From NCBI GenBank assembly GCA_045837725.1, contig JBEWZL010000027.1:1-64000 (forward strand): a stretch of 64,000 nucleotides of DNA. Direction: 5' to 3'. Position numbers and translations under genes: made by a program. Of the stretch, positions 33,850-49,367 are shown piece after piece. Source of the stretch: Vermamoeba vermiformis. Lineage: Eukaryota. The notes below the pieces were generated by a model that saw nothing but the letters and a program-made list of their open reading frames with translations, had not been told where the DNA came from and searched no databases. How positions within the stretch are numbered: position 1 is the first letter of the stretch; every line of letters begins with the position of its first letter.

Positions 33850-36800
33850 TTATAGAGGTATTTGATCGAGCTTTTCAAGAACTTTCTCGATAGTAAGGCG
33901 ATAACTTGGATCGACTACGCAGCATTGGTTCAGCAACGACGAGAAGTCACTGAAGCACTCTAACGACGATGGCAATTCAGGCGTAAGTCCTTCATCTCTG
34001 ATTTTTCGACCGACTTCGATCGGATCTTCATTTACGTGCGGTTCTTGCTGCGCCAGAATTTCGTACATGAGAATACCGAATGACCAGACATCTGGATAAT
34101 TGGAAAAATCAGTTAAATAACCCCAATAATATTATATCGTTCTTTTTTGGCTATTGTCAAATTTGTTTCGTAAAGTTTAATTAAACTAAGCTGAAAAATT
34201 CTGAGATCTTGATCTGGATCAGCAATGGTACACGTAAGAAGTTATGGGTGTATCGACTTATGTCTTACCTGACTTGGTGGAGTACTCTTTAGCCCTTAGC
34301 GACTCAGGTGCCATCCAACGAATAGGTCCTAATTCAGACTTGGTCGTGCCACGTTGCTGCTCTTCATCGACCAATCGCGTCATGCCAAAGTCAGTCAATT
34401 TAGGCTCGCCTTGATGCAACAAAACATTTCTAGCTGCAATGTCGCGGTGCACCAAGTTATTCGCGTGTAAATGACTGATGCCTTTACAAATACTCTTCAG
34501 CCAATAGAGCTTTGTGCTCGGGTTAATAGCGCTATTTTGGTCGTATAATAGCGCGTCTAATGATCCGCCATTGCAATATTCGAGAATTAATATGATGCTA
34601 TTTGTTTCGGGATGTACGCTGAATCCGAATAACTGAACGACGTTCGGATGAGGTCTCATATTGATCATTAATGTTAATTCTGAAGCGATACTTTGACTAG
34701 CTTGCGTCATGCTGGTTTTGAGTGCCACATCCGTGTTCTTCCACTTGCCTTTGAAAACTTGGCCGTTCGCGCCTTGTCCGAGCTGAGTTCCAAATTGAAG
34801 ATCATTAAACGGCACGAACCACTGTCCAAATTGCTGTTCTAATCCGACTGCTATAACCTTTGCACTTCTTTTTCGTTGATTTTTTCTTCGAATTAAAATA
34901 AACGCGAGAATGCCTCCTGCGATTGCAACAGCTCCAATTGGCACTACTACAGCGATAATAATTATGTTTGAATCATTTCCGTTGTTAGGTTGATCAGTTG
35001 GTGCTAGAAGGGTGCTTTGAGGCTGCTCGATTTCCGTTACATTCGGTAAAGGCAAGTCCAGCGTTAAAATTAAAACCTCGTCAGTGTAATATCCGCCTAA
35101 TCTATGATATCCTCCAGCGATGACTAATCTAGTTTGATTTGTAGCTGATCGTGTACTCAGTACGAAAATTGATGCCGGTACAAATGAATTATTGAACGGC
35201 TGTTGCGCCCAATGCAGTTCTGAAATATCCATATAGCTGAAATAGTCCATATTATCTCCAAATGCTAAGATCCAATTGTCGTACATCGCCAGAGAGACCA
35301 TCTTGTCATGTGTTTGGAATGATGGGCCGGTCCAAGTGCCGCTCGCAATGTCGTAAATAGCGACATCAGTGAATAAGAGACTTTTCGTCACAGGCAATAT
35401 GATTTTGTTATCGCTAGCAAGAGTTTGTAGAGGCTGGCCTAATACTTGCGTTGTACTTGTTTGTACGGAAAAAGTTGACGGAATAATTTTAATTCCGATA
35501 TTTGTACGGAGGCCAGAATAAGCCACATTATTGATAACAGGCAACGGTGTGTATGTAGGATGAGTCAATGGTGCAAGTCCGTTTAATGTGTACGTTGTCC
35601 AGCCACCAGTATTATTCGGTTGAATAACGCCTGTTGTACCACCAGTAAGGTAAATACTAAGTGTTTCGTTGAGTACGAATGTGGCGTAATATTGATGTGG
35701 GACATATGTTGACTCTGGCAATAGTATTGGCTGCTCCCATGTGTTATTCACGTAGTTATATACGTCTATTGCGTTGTATGAATTGAAGTCAACTGGATTT
35801 TCGTTTAACGGCGCAGTATTCAGTACGAAGCAAACGTCGCCTTGCTGGACCCAAAGCGGTTGCTGTTTGGACATTGATACTATTTGATGAGTCGTATATT
35901 GTACATCGACTGCCAATCCACGTTCGAAGTTGAAGAAAAAATTCTCGATGAGCACATCCGGGATCCAAACTAGTTTTTGTGTGTAAGGGATTCCAGCTGC
36001 ATCTACAGAAATTGCATATTGATCTGTTCCGTTATATAATCCGGCAATATATACTGAATTGTTGCTACGAAATATTCTGACTGGCGTGAATAGATTCGGA
36101 TCTGATATTAGAACTAACTTCTTCGTGTTTGAGTTGTAGCCAAATATGCCACCAGTAGTATTCGCTATGAAGTACATTGATGAATTAAATGCAATGGATA
36201 GTGCTGCAGGTCCGACATCGACAGTTTGAGTTTCGGATGTGGCCGGTGTCAAGATTGACATTTCATTCGCTGCAGAATAGACCAGTTGATCGCCAATAGT
36301 GAATGCGAAGTTGATTTGAGTGCGCGGTGTCCATGTCTCGTTCATGAACTGCCAATCGATCGTCCAAAAGCCATCTGAAAAGAATACTATGGTGCTGTTT
36401 TGATAGTGCACGGATGTAACGGATCTACCAGTTGTCGTTCTTTGACGCCACTTTTGCGATGAAGTATGGTAGACGAGACATATACTATCAAAATTAACTA
36501 CTACTGCTCCATGGTCTTCGTCAAACCAAGATCCAACGAATGAACCAGATGTAGGTGGCAAAACGTTTTGAAATTCAAATGGCTCGGCTGAGGTTGAATT
36601 GATCATCCAAATGCTCGTTGACGGTAGTTGAGTCGTAATATTAACGCCACCAATAACGAACACAAAGTTGTGGTGCGCAATGGTTGTCATATTGAAAAGT
36701 TGGAGCATGACATCCGTCGTTAATTTTTCATTGTGAGTCCAGCGCTTCGTATTCGTGTCCATAAAATCAACTGAGAAATAGCCAATGACTGTAAGCGTCG

Positions 36801-37233
36801 AATTATGAAGCGATAATCGGATTGGACGTCGGACTGTCGGTCCGGAAGTAAATCCGACAGATGTAAAATCCTTTTGGGCGGTTGAATATTCTGAGGGAAT
36901 GCTAGTGTATTCATGACCACCGACCATATATATTCTATCACCAATGACAGTGGTTGAAATGCGGCCTCGAGCTGTAGTTAAGTTGATCGCAAGATCTGAC
37001 CAATTTCCAGTAACCAAATCAAAGACGTCTATAGCGTTAGAGGCAATAAAATCATTATTCTCATAGCCTCCAACAAAATAGATCTTCTTATCCACTTCAA
37101 TCGTTGAGAAATAAGCTCGCTTGGAGGACATCCGAAATTTTTCCTCGATCTGAACAGTTGCCACCACGATTTCCGCCATCGCCAATATTAAAATCAATAT
37201 TTTAATATTACTAAGCACAGATGGATGTCGCAT
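33850..37233 (-). CDS. Receptor-type TKL protein kinase with a kelch/beta-propeller-like ectodomain, 2 exons
   Basis: Signal peptide, kelch-like repeats (IYFVGG, IYMVGG, VFVIGG, LVIAGG) and a TM helix. Kinase motifs GQGANG, VALK, HRDIAARN, DFG and PIRWMAPE. Last exon is 33850-34090. Confidence 0.9.
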
Positions 37234-37786
37234 CTTGATTCATCCTGAAAAAACCGAAATTAGATCGAGGTGACAAATTGCCAACGGAAAATATAATCAA
37301 CGCTGCGAATGAATATTACCAATAATGCAACTATGATTTCATTCAACTCTTCGTGGTGCTCTTTTGCTTTGCGTCGAGTTAATGTGATCTTCGGGACCGA
37401 AAAGACTCCGGACGCAACGGCTGAAATAGATCTTAAACTTTTATGACTATTTGAGTTCAGCTGATATTTTAGCTAAAATAAATAGTGCCATATCATTATG
37501 ATCGTAGTCTACGAGGAACAATTAATTACTTGCCGACGAGGGATTCTCGAAGAAGACCACTTCGGATGTGGATGTACGAAAAAGTTAAAAGCAAACCAAA
37601 TCTAAATATAAAAAAGATATTAAGCCTTGTGATAAGTTCAATAGCGCAATATAATACTTACTAATAGAGCGACCATGGCATATAAAAGCAACCGAAACCA
37701 AGATCTCAAGAGTACCAAAGCGTGCAGTCCAGCCATTAAAGTACAAAGTATGACACGTGTCAAAGTGTCATTTTATTTCGTTTTTT

Positions 37787-39333
37787 TCAGTTAGCAGTAG
37801 CTTCAGTGCTCGAAGTTTTGACCGCGTTAAACTGCTGAGTATTGTTCCTTTTCAGCTGCTTAGTAATTCTTTTGCTGTCGCGGCAAGGGTACCAAGATAT
37901 TATTCTCGGGTTCTTCTGTAATAAACTCTTCACTTCTTTGCGTAACTCGGTCGACAAGCGCATGTCGCCCACATCCAAAGTGACACCTGTCAAACTTTGA
38001 TTTTCACCAAAAACGTCCATAGCTGCTTTGAACGTGCTTTTATCAACGCTGATCGCTACTTGTTTGAGCGTATTATTGACTTTCAATGATTGCAATAAAT
38101 TTTCGCAAAGGTTATCGCGGATGTCGAGCGCGGTCAAAGTTGAATTGTTTTTGAGTACAGTTGAAAGCTTTAAACGATCTTCAATAACATCTTGTTGTCT
38201 ATATGACCTTATTGATAGTGTTTTAATCGACTTATTATTCAAAATCACGTTGCTGATCTGTTCCTCGTTGATCTTATTTTGACTTAAATCCAGATTCGTA
38301 ATGGTATTGTTCTTGATTAATGCTCGTTCGAGGACTATAAAAGACGATATCATTTGACAGTTGGCGAGCGATAGTGTCGTTATTGAGCTATTTGTTTTTA
38401 ATAAATTGCTGAGAGCTTCAATTTCGTCAGATCTAAGTGGAGTTCCATCCAAAATAAGTTCTTTCAGCTTATTTTTCTTCTTAATAGCATTAAAGAACGG
38501 ATCGAAGCCGATTGTATTATTTACTCGCACTTTTAAGCTTTCAATTGAATCTGTTTTTGCGATGCTAGCCAAATCTAGATCCACCATTGACTGGTCAACA
38601 GCTTCGAGTGTTAAATGCTTAATTCTTGGATTATCGTGCAATAAAATTGATAAATTGTCGTTTGCAAAGTCATTTTTGATGATAGCCAATCGTTCGATTT
38701 TCTTATTGTCTTTCAGGATCTTGAATAAATCGTTGAAAAAATCAGCGCTCGGTCCAAACTGTGATATTTGCAAGCTCTTAATATGATTGTTGTCTTTTAA
38801 TGCAGAATAAAATATTTGAAGCGCTGTTGAGCTGATCTGGATCGATTGATCTTGCGCGGTCAGAATTAAATGCTCAATGCTCGTATTATTCGTCAACAAT
38901 TCGCAGAATTTCTTCATCTTTGATTCGCCAATTGAAGAGGTAATATAGGCAACTAAGCAATTGATTTTGGCATTGAAGATTTCGGATGTGAGCTGATCCC
39001 AATAAAATATCTTCGTGTTCTTTTGCGTATCCATGAGCTCCGTCATATTAAATGCACCACTTCCATATTGGTAATTAATATGATGCAGTACCGCGTCTGC
39101 TAAATTAGCGGCTTTTTGCGAATACGGATGTGGAAATGTTGAAGAGCCTTTCAAAAAATCAAAACTCTGCTTATTTGTAGTTTCATATAATATTTCGTCA
39201 TCGGTGGCAATAAGGATATCAACCTAGTAATAATAATAAATTAATTAATAATAAATTATTAATTAATAATGATTATTGGCGCAAAATCAGATCGAGCTGT
39301 AGAGTTTCGGCTTACTGGAACTAATGAATCCAT
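37787..39333 (-). CDS. RNI-like leucine-rich repeat protein, 2 exons
   Basis: Exon 1 MDSLVP, then LKxNxTLTxLDL-type repeats (LKTNSSITTLSL, KNNTITNLDLSQN, KNNSTLTALDIRDN). Confidence 0.8.
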
Positions 39334-39803
39334 GATTGCTATTACTATTATACTAATACTTCAAGAGTAGCGTGGTAGTATGCAATTAAATTTCGGCAAT
39401 AGTGCCCTGAAAACGATCACAAAATCTCCTTCATTTTTGTCGGGTGGATGTGTGAACAAATCAGTTCAATTCGCAACAAGGGCCAAGCAAGATATTCCTT
39501 CAAAAATACTGCTTGATGGCGTCCGTATTCACTGCGATTTGCAACGAATCTTGTTCAAGACTTTCTGCGTATTTCTCAACATGCTTTATAATCTTGAAGA
39601 CATTCCTGGCTTTAAATATGTAAGAATTACTTCTATCATGATTCATTGGGTATTTTGCACAGTTTCAGCTGTAATTTGTTCGTTATTTTCTTGAATTACG
39701 GTGCACTAATTTCTTTTGAATTCAAGAGTTAAACTCGCGATCGCATACTTGTCCATTTTAATATCTCCATGTTTTTTTTACAGGAAACACAAATAACCAC
39801 ATT

Positions 39804-42239
39804 ATGAATCAAAGCCAAGCAAAGACACCGCGATCTACCAGTTCATCTTCTCAATCTCCGTCTTACCACGATTCATCTCCTCGATCTCCCGCTCGCCACA
39901 GTTCATCTTCTCGATCTCCCTCTCACCACGATTCACCTCCTCGATCCTCTCACCACGATTCAACTCCTGCAAGCTTTTCTTCTTTCTGCCTATTTTACAT
40001 TGTTTTCAGCGGCTGCCTGTGAAGAACCAAATCGTCACGTGCCTTGCACAAGCATAGCGCAGTATGTGACTGCAGTGGGATTTTCCCTGTGCATGATCCA
40101 CTTCATTGGCACTCTGCCGATGTGGCTGGCTATCGGTAAAATTGATCACTTGGCCAATAAGAATGCGCGAAAGAAGCACGAGAAACGAAAGCTATTGGCA
40201 CCGCACTGGGACGACAACAATTTTTCGTTCACGATGTGGGTGTTTCACTTCACACCTATGACCATTCCGTTCTTTTTCATCGCGCTATGGTGGAAACTGT
40301 TTTCTTTCTTCTAGCGCTACTTGTGCACTGCGAGTCACGAATAAATTAATTATTATTTTTCTTTCTGCTTTTTTTCTGACAGCGTAATTGATTAACGACG
40401 AACCATGAACCGATAGCATTAATAATATTAATTAATGTGACGCACGAGGTTGATTTATCGCTATAACGGCAACAATATTGATTTGGATGGAGCTGAGATC
40501 TTTGTTCCCATACTCGTTTGCTTTCTTGCAGATATTATGGATATTAGCTATTGCTGCTGCTTTGTATAAAGGCTATGGCTATTTTAAGCGCTATCGAATC
40601 GCTCGAAAACTCAATAGCGTGGCTGCATCTGATTCAATATTTAATTATCCACTTCCGCCGGTAAGAAAAACTCAATATACAGCTTTCCTAGCCTTAGTTA
40701 TAATATTTAGACGTATTTCAAATTTATTTCATTATTTTAGGAAATAATTGAAGAGATTTTTAGTTATTTGGATCCTGCCTCCCTGTTGGCTGCAGCTCAA
40801 GTCAATCGATCTTGGCAGCGATACTCATGCCTAGACTCATTACGAGTACCTTTGTTTGAGCGAGAGTAATACTTCGATTTTTACCTTCGATCTAACGAAC
40901 AAAAACTAAGAATGTTTTTTAGAAGTGCAAAGCAGATGAGCTTAAGCGAAATTGAGAAAGAATTGGATTTAGTATTCAACAACCATTTACCTGTGAATAA
41001 GGTCCCTAATTCAAGTGTAAGTCCGTTTATTTTTATCGTGTCCCTAGATCTGATCAACTTTTGGTCGTAGCCTAGGCAACCTAAACTATGGCCCATTGAA
41101 GATAATATGTTATCTAAGCGATTGAACAAGAAAATCATCGATGTAACGTTATTATCTGCCGAACATATTGCTATGATGAGACCTGCCAATCTCGACAAGT
41201 AATTATTTTTTGTTATTCAGTATCAATAGCACTATTTTTAATAATATGCTAGATATTTATTGAAAACGAGGTTAAAACCTATTGCCGAGGGTGATGAATT
41301 CATCGATTTTGTGGGTGTTGATACCCCACCGAATTTAGCGTTCAAACGAATATCAAAAAATTTGCTTGCTAATTGGGAGAATATAGGCGAAGAATACGAG
41401 ATAATAGTAGACTTTGATAAGATTGTGAGGATCAATACACTAAGAGATACGGAAATTCACCGATTCCGAGTAACAAAAGTGTTGAATCCGATCAAAGGTA
41501 AAAAAACTTCTTACATAGCTTAATAACCTATTAATATCAATATTAGGATTATTAATGATATTAACGCTGATATACCCGCCTATTCTGCTCAACGATATCG
41601 CTACAATTCTTCGCGCAGAAAATTCCGAGAATTTCAGTCATTACATCGCACGACTAGCAGGAGTGGCTGTGATGCTCTACCTCGATGGAATATTCTTCTT
41701 TGATATATTTACTGCAGTAGCAGCTATCAAACAACGAGCAAGAGTTTTTGGAAGTCTTAGGAAGATCTATTGCGGAATATTTTTTATATTGCTATTCTAC
41801 GTCGAGTTTGCGCGGAGGAATTTTATAGTTTGGTGCAATATTGGAATATGTTGGATTATAGGAATAGCTTTATATGCATATATCAAGTTCGTGCATGGCA
41901 GTTTGGTCGAAACGCCGGTATCAGATCGGTCTCAAACTTTTATCTTCAGCGATTATAGAGACCATAATATTATTCATATGCGCCGTAGATTGGAGCCTAT
42001 TATTTGAAGCTATTGCAACCGGCAGAATATGGCGAACATTGATGATTAATATGGCGTACAGTTTATCCATCATGCTGACGATTAATTTTGAAAAAATAGT
42101 TATTCAGTCGTTATATGCATTCAAATTTATGTGGAGTAGCTTGGATGCGCCGTTAGCGGAATGGATTCGAGGAATTTCCGCCCAGATCTTCATAGTTGTT
42201 TTGTTTAGCGCTTACGCTCCAGCTGGATTCGATCATTAA
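39804..42239 (+). CDS. Multi-pass membrane protein(s) containing an F-box. Boundaries are uncertain and frameshifts are apparent
   Basis: Hydrophobic segments in ORFs 40000-40314, 40478-40660 and 41555-42239. Spliced F-box YPLPP|EIIEEIFSYLDPASLLAAAQVNRSW. This may be two genes. Confidence 0.5.
39839..39962 (+). repeat. Imperfect coding tandem repeat (CACGATTCA/CAGTTCATCTTCTCGATCTCC units; HDSSPRSP-like peptide)
   Basis: About five related units are visible directly in the sequence. Confidence 0.7.
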
Positions 42240-42421
42240 TAAAAATTTCCACCAGTTATTGATTGGTTGATAGGCTGCGATTAGCCAAGCTGAAGAGGTT
42301 ATTTAACAATTCGCGAATTTGAGTCGCCATCGCATCCACTCAGCGGATGAGGGTTACAATGGTACACCACGCGATGAATGCACTTAATTTAATATGAACA
42401 TAATTACAACAGGTGATCTAT

Positions 42422-43291
42422 CTAATCAAGAGACATGCACAAGAACTTTCTCTTCGCGAAGCACATCCACCACTTGTCTTGTCTGGTCGCATCCTTGTAC
42501 ACGAGAGGAACAAGACGCACACCGAGCTCTTGAAGGCACTGCACGAGGTATTGGCGCAACACTTCAGCCTCTTGACGGGTAGCAGCCTGAAGGACAAGAC
42601 CTCCCAAGACGAACTTCTTGTCACCGGGGACGGGGAATTTTTCGAGGGCCAAAGTGTAGAGCAATTTCTCAGCATCAGCCTTGGGCTTGCCTGCAATCGT
42701 GCGCAAGCATTGAGCAACATAGAGACTCAAATAGATGAGCAAGAGATCTCCAGCACCCTTCACTTCAAAGTTACGGAAGAACACGTTGGGCTTGAACAAC
42801 CGGAGTGCCTCGTCAACAATATCTTCCTCTGCATCTGCATATGGTGTATAAATAATTAGAAATTATTGTGCTACGTGAAATAAAGGGAAAGATTTTTTTG
42901 CTAAAGCGAAATCTTGGGAAAGATCCAAATTAACGAAAGGGCGGATGTGACCGCGTGTGTACGGAAAATACGCTTAGTTTTTTTCACTCAAAACAAGCAA
43001 GTTTAAGAAGCACGAGCACGATAATCGGTGCTGAAAACAATTTCACCTTCTTAATTCGTGCAGATTTTCTAGTGAATGTGACGAAATAGCACCGGTAGTA
43101 GATATGCAATGGTTAGTAATTAAATATACCTGTGCCTGGGGGAGCAGGGCCGTTAAACTTGGTTTTAAGAGGCAAGATCGGCAGTTTAAAACTGATGCGC
43201 ACTTGAGCGTTATTAAATTGGGAGTGTTGAGCCTGAAAATATTTAATATTAATATACTATACTTACTGTAATATCGTGTACTTACTGGCAT
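42422..43291 (-). CDS. ARPC3: Arp2/3 complex subunit 3 (p21-Arc), 3 exons
   Basis: MP|AQHSQFN...LPLKTKFNGPAP|...DIVDEALRLFKPNVFFRNFEVKGAGD...KWWMCFAKRKF. Confidence 0.93.
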
Positions 43292-43579
43292 GATGACTAT
43301 CCTATGCTCTAGCGCTAGCACTAATGATTACATTTCAAAATAGCCGAACACAACACCGTTCTCAGAACAGCGCCCTGGTCGACACGTGTCAACTTGTCCG
43401 TGCACACTCATTGCGAGCTGCACGCCTTAAATCACGTTGCGAATGAATTCGTGACTGTCTTCTTGCCGGCCCAGACAGAAGTGTTTCGCCGATCCGCCTG
43501 CGTGTAACTGTGCACGCTCATAGTTCTAGGTGTTGCACTAGCGAGGGAGTGCCTTGTAGATTTCATCACGAAATTTTTG

Positions 43580-43716
43580 CTGTCCAATGATATCATCTTT
43601 TATAGTACTCGAACGAGCATTAATCAAGAACAACACCATAACGAATCTGGATTTAAGTCAAATAAAATCAACGAGGAACAGATCAGCAACGTGATTTTGA
43701 ATAATAAGTCGATTAA
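43580..43716 (+). pseudogene. Inverted, frameshifted copy of about 135 bp from the LRR gene (38223-38360)
   Basis: Near-identical reverse complement (CTCGAACGAGCATTAATCAAGAACAA...AACGAGGAACAGATCAGCAACGTGATTTTGAATAATAAGTCGATTAA) with a few substitutions and a 1-nt deletion. Confidence 0.85.
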
Positions 43717-44098
43717 TGTAACAAAGAACGGCCTCCTAAAAAGAAGTTTAAACAGATTTGGATTCTAGAATTGACTTACCAGCTGAACCAGAAAATCCTG
43801 GCCCAATTTTTCCATAATTATTATAAAATTATTTCATAATAATTCATGACAACGTGGTAAGAAAGCGACTTGAACATAAAAATTATAATGGTAATAAAAT
43901 TAATTCCGATCTGTCTCGAAAGCCTTGGTACCGCGCACTGTGCGCCCATGTATAATAATACTTCATTAATGAAGTATTCGTTGGATAACGCGGTGTCCGT
44001 GTCCAGTTATGTGCACGTGCATCCAAAAAAAACAATTTTTATTTTGCTTGCGGAGTTTGTTCCTTTTTCTTTGCTAGACACATTAATCCACAACAAAT

Positions 44099-46471
<2,373 letters not shown>

Positions 46472-46685
46472 CACCTTTGTAATATTGTAAATTAAACCAA
46501 ACCTCCATTAAAACGATTAGATATGCCCCTTATTATTATCTTTATTGATATCTTTCGAAATGCTCGTTTCTTAAGGTAAAAACTTGCAAGATCTCTTCGG
46601 TACGCGATCGCAAGTACATTGGTTAAAAAGTTATTTATTCAAATGGAATAGTCATGCGAACAGTTCGAAGGGTATAGTAATTTAA

Positions 46686-47508
46686 TTACTGCTTGTTTAC
46701 GGCATCAACGTAGCTAAACTTAGACTGGAATTCGTTGGGATCCATGTGCTCGAATTGATTGAAGAATTCAGTCAAGCGTTTGTTAAGCACTAAATAATAC
46801 CGATTAACATTGTTAACGTTAAGTAGTATTTAATAAGATAAACTTGATTGATTCGTGCTTTGAGGAGGATCAGATTTGTTTCGTACCCGACAATTTGACA
46901 GGCTCAGTTGTTTGCAATGAATAGTGATCGGAGTGTTCATGGAATAAAATGAGATTATCGGGCAATTTAGTGCCTAATATGCATTATTAGTAATTACGAG
47001 ATTAATAGAAGTGAATTTACCTTTCGGGATGCGGTAGATGCGGGCGTCCTTGCCTCTCCAATGAGAAACGACTTCAAAAATTACGGGGCCAAGAGGTCTC
47101 AATGAAGCTCCGTTGGGACCTATTATTGTAGATGAAAATTAGAATTAGATCCGGATTAGATGCGTAATTAATTTTCTTCATTCTCCTCTAAAAAATGTCA
47201 TTTTATTTTTAAAAATTATATTAATATTGATAACGCTTACCTTCGAAGAATTCAGAGGTTTTTGGGTGGATTAAGCCATCAGGTTGAGCGACAAGATCGT
47301 ACGACTTGCTATTTTTCTTTTGTTGCGCAGCAAATTCTCGTAATTTTGTTGGCGCGCCATTTTGAATTCTAAACAACTCAATTTCAGTCGTTTTGTATTT
47401 GCCGATCAGCTTCTGTTGAGCATAAAATCTTTTGCACACAGTAGGCGCCGATTGATGGGCTTGTGAGGCCTTATATATATTGCGTGTAATCTTAGTGAGT
47501 GCTTGCAT
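46686..47508 (-). CDS. Tse2-like ADP-ribosyltransferase-fold protein, 4 exons
   Basis: Spliced translation ELFRIQNG..KLRE...YDL..GLIHP...FEG|PNGASLRP...IYRIPKG|TKLPDNLILFHEHSDHYSLQT...LNKRLTEFF matches the pattern I recall for eukaryotic Tse2-like ARTs. Confidence 0.72.
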
Positions 47509-47824
47509 GGTTATTAATTGATGGATTTGGTAAAAAAACAAATCGAAGAAATTCTCGCGCCGCCAACCAACGGCGACGTTTCTCAGTGGCTAAATTACCT
47601 GCACTTTTTACTAATATATGGCATTGATTTGCACAAGGCTTAATGTATGCTGCGTGCGATGCTTGTAAGGCAATAGAAATTCGTCTCCTTTTGTGTTGGA
47701 TCAAAAAAAACGGCTAGAAATTCATTTTGTATTTTTTAAAGAGCATGCATAACGACTGCACAAGAGGATGAATTGTATTAAGATGTCGATTGATTAGTTA
47801 AAAATAGCGAAATGAAGAAAAATC

Positions 47825-48987
47825 GGTACGAACTAATAACAGGAGACAACGTGGAACAACGTAGTTGGTCTAAACTTTTGCAAAACTTTTGCGTTTTTGG
47901 CCCATCATTGTCAAATGTTTTGCAATGCCTCAAAGACCATATTTTTCGCGCGTTCATGATCTCTTCAGAGATCGTGCCGATCTGGCCACCACATGACCTG
48001 AAAGTAGCCAATGACTGCGCCAACTATGTTTGTCATTGGAAAAACGATTGGACGGCTAGTTTAACTCACAGTTGAGTGACCGTAAGCAATGGGGGGGGGT
48101 AAGATCGGATTTGCTATTTTGAGATTAGGCCTGGTGCTAGGCGTTTTTTTCCTCGTGCCCTTAATTTGCCCATGCCACACTGTCTTTTACACGGTAGAAT
48201 TGTTAATATTTTCGAATATTTAAGTGAGATCCGTAATTTCATTATCCCGATCTGCCCTGGCCTTTGCAGCGAAGCAATGCAATAATTAAAGCTTAATTTA
48301 AAGAAAATATATGTATTTTATTAATATTACGAGCCAACCAGAGCATAATTTCACAAAACGGATGAATTTATTCTGATCGGTCACAAATCTGATCGAAAAA
48401 GCTAATCCTGTAAAAATATCAAGGCAAGAGTGCGCACTGCCTAGATCATACAAATTATACCAGAATTAATTTAAATTCATTAGAAAGTGAACGGGGGCTT
48501 ACAAAGTCGAAATTAAAAATAATTAAATCTGACACGAGCTCGATGGGTCGCGGATGAGGGTAGAAAATGCTCAATATTAACAAAAATAATTTTAAATATT
48601 TATACGGACCTCTGTGTACAGCGTCCATCGTTTGGATTGTGTACACGAAGCAGAATAATCGTCAGTGTTCGATGCGACATCCAGTCCTCATCGGCAATTT
48701 TAATAGATCTCTGAATCTAAGTGGCTGAGTGACTTAATATAAGCTACGTATTGAAAAATTGTGTGTGGTAATCGTTTCACGTGTGTGGAATAACAATTGC
48801 GAGGGCAGCAAGTGAATTTTTTGACCGGCGAAAAACACCACACACGAAATTTTGCCGCAAAAAGTTTAGCAAACGAATTGCAAAAGATTTGACGAACTTT
48901 GGCCAATGATTTTCAACTTGCAAAAGTTTTGCAAAAGTTTAGACCAACTACGTTGTTCCACGTTGTCTCCTGTTATTAGTTCGTACC
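47825..48987. mobile_element. Non-autonomous DNA transposon (Merlin/IS1016-like): 68-bp perfect TIRs and 8-bp TSD GAAAAATC
   Basis: TIR GGTACGAACTAATAACAGGAGACAACGTGG...CTTTTGC at 47825-47892 and its reverse complement at 48920-48987. GAAAAATC flanks it at 47817-47824 and 48988-48995. No transposase ORF inside. Confidence 0.9.
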
Positions 48988-49367
48988 GAAAAATCTGGCT
49001 TAGTTAGATCTTCGCACCCGAACAATGTGATTAAAAATAATTTCACATAATACACAATGAATACTAGAAGCGTTTCCTAATGGAATAGGTAAGATTCTTT
49101 AGTGGTGGATCTTTGTTTGGTTGTTAATTTTTCTAGCTTTCTTAAATATGTAACGCTGATATTCTCGTAACAGTAGTTTAAACGTACCAACTGTCAACAA
49201 TTAGAATTATATTAAACATTGAAATTCACAATCTATTCAATTTTGATCTGGCACGTTTGTTGATTTTGATCTTTTATCCTCCTCAATTTGTTAGGGAGGC
49301 ACTAAATATATAAAACATAGTATTTTGTATTTAATTGTAATTAACGGCCATCAACAACGCAGATCTA

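Noticed and set aside
39839-39962. Short repeats as a possible CRISPR-like array
   Set aside because: The units are degenerate, in frame and lack unique spacers. This is a coding Ser/Pro/His repeat in a eukaryotic gene.
42413-42859. 148-aa plus-strand ORF
   Set aside because: Antisense shadow of the ARPC3 exon.
47778-48906. Short ORFs inside the TIR element as a possible transposase
   Set aside because: All are under 90 aa, with no DDE or zinc-finger motif recognisable.
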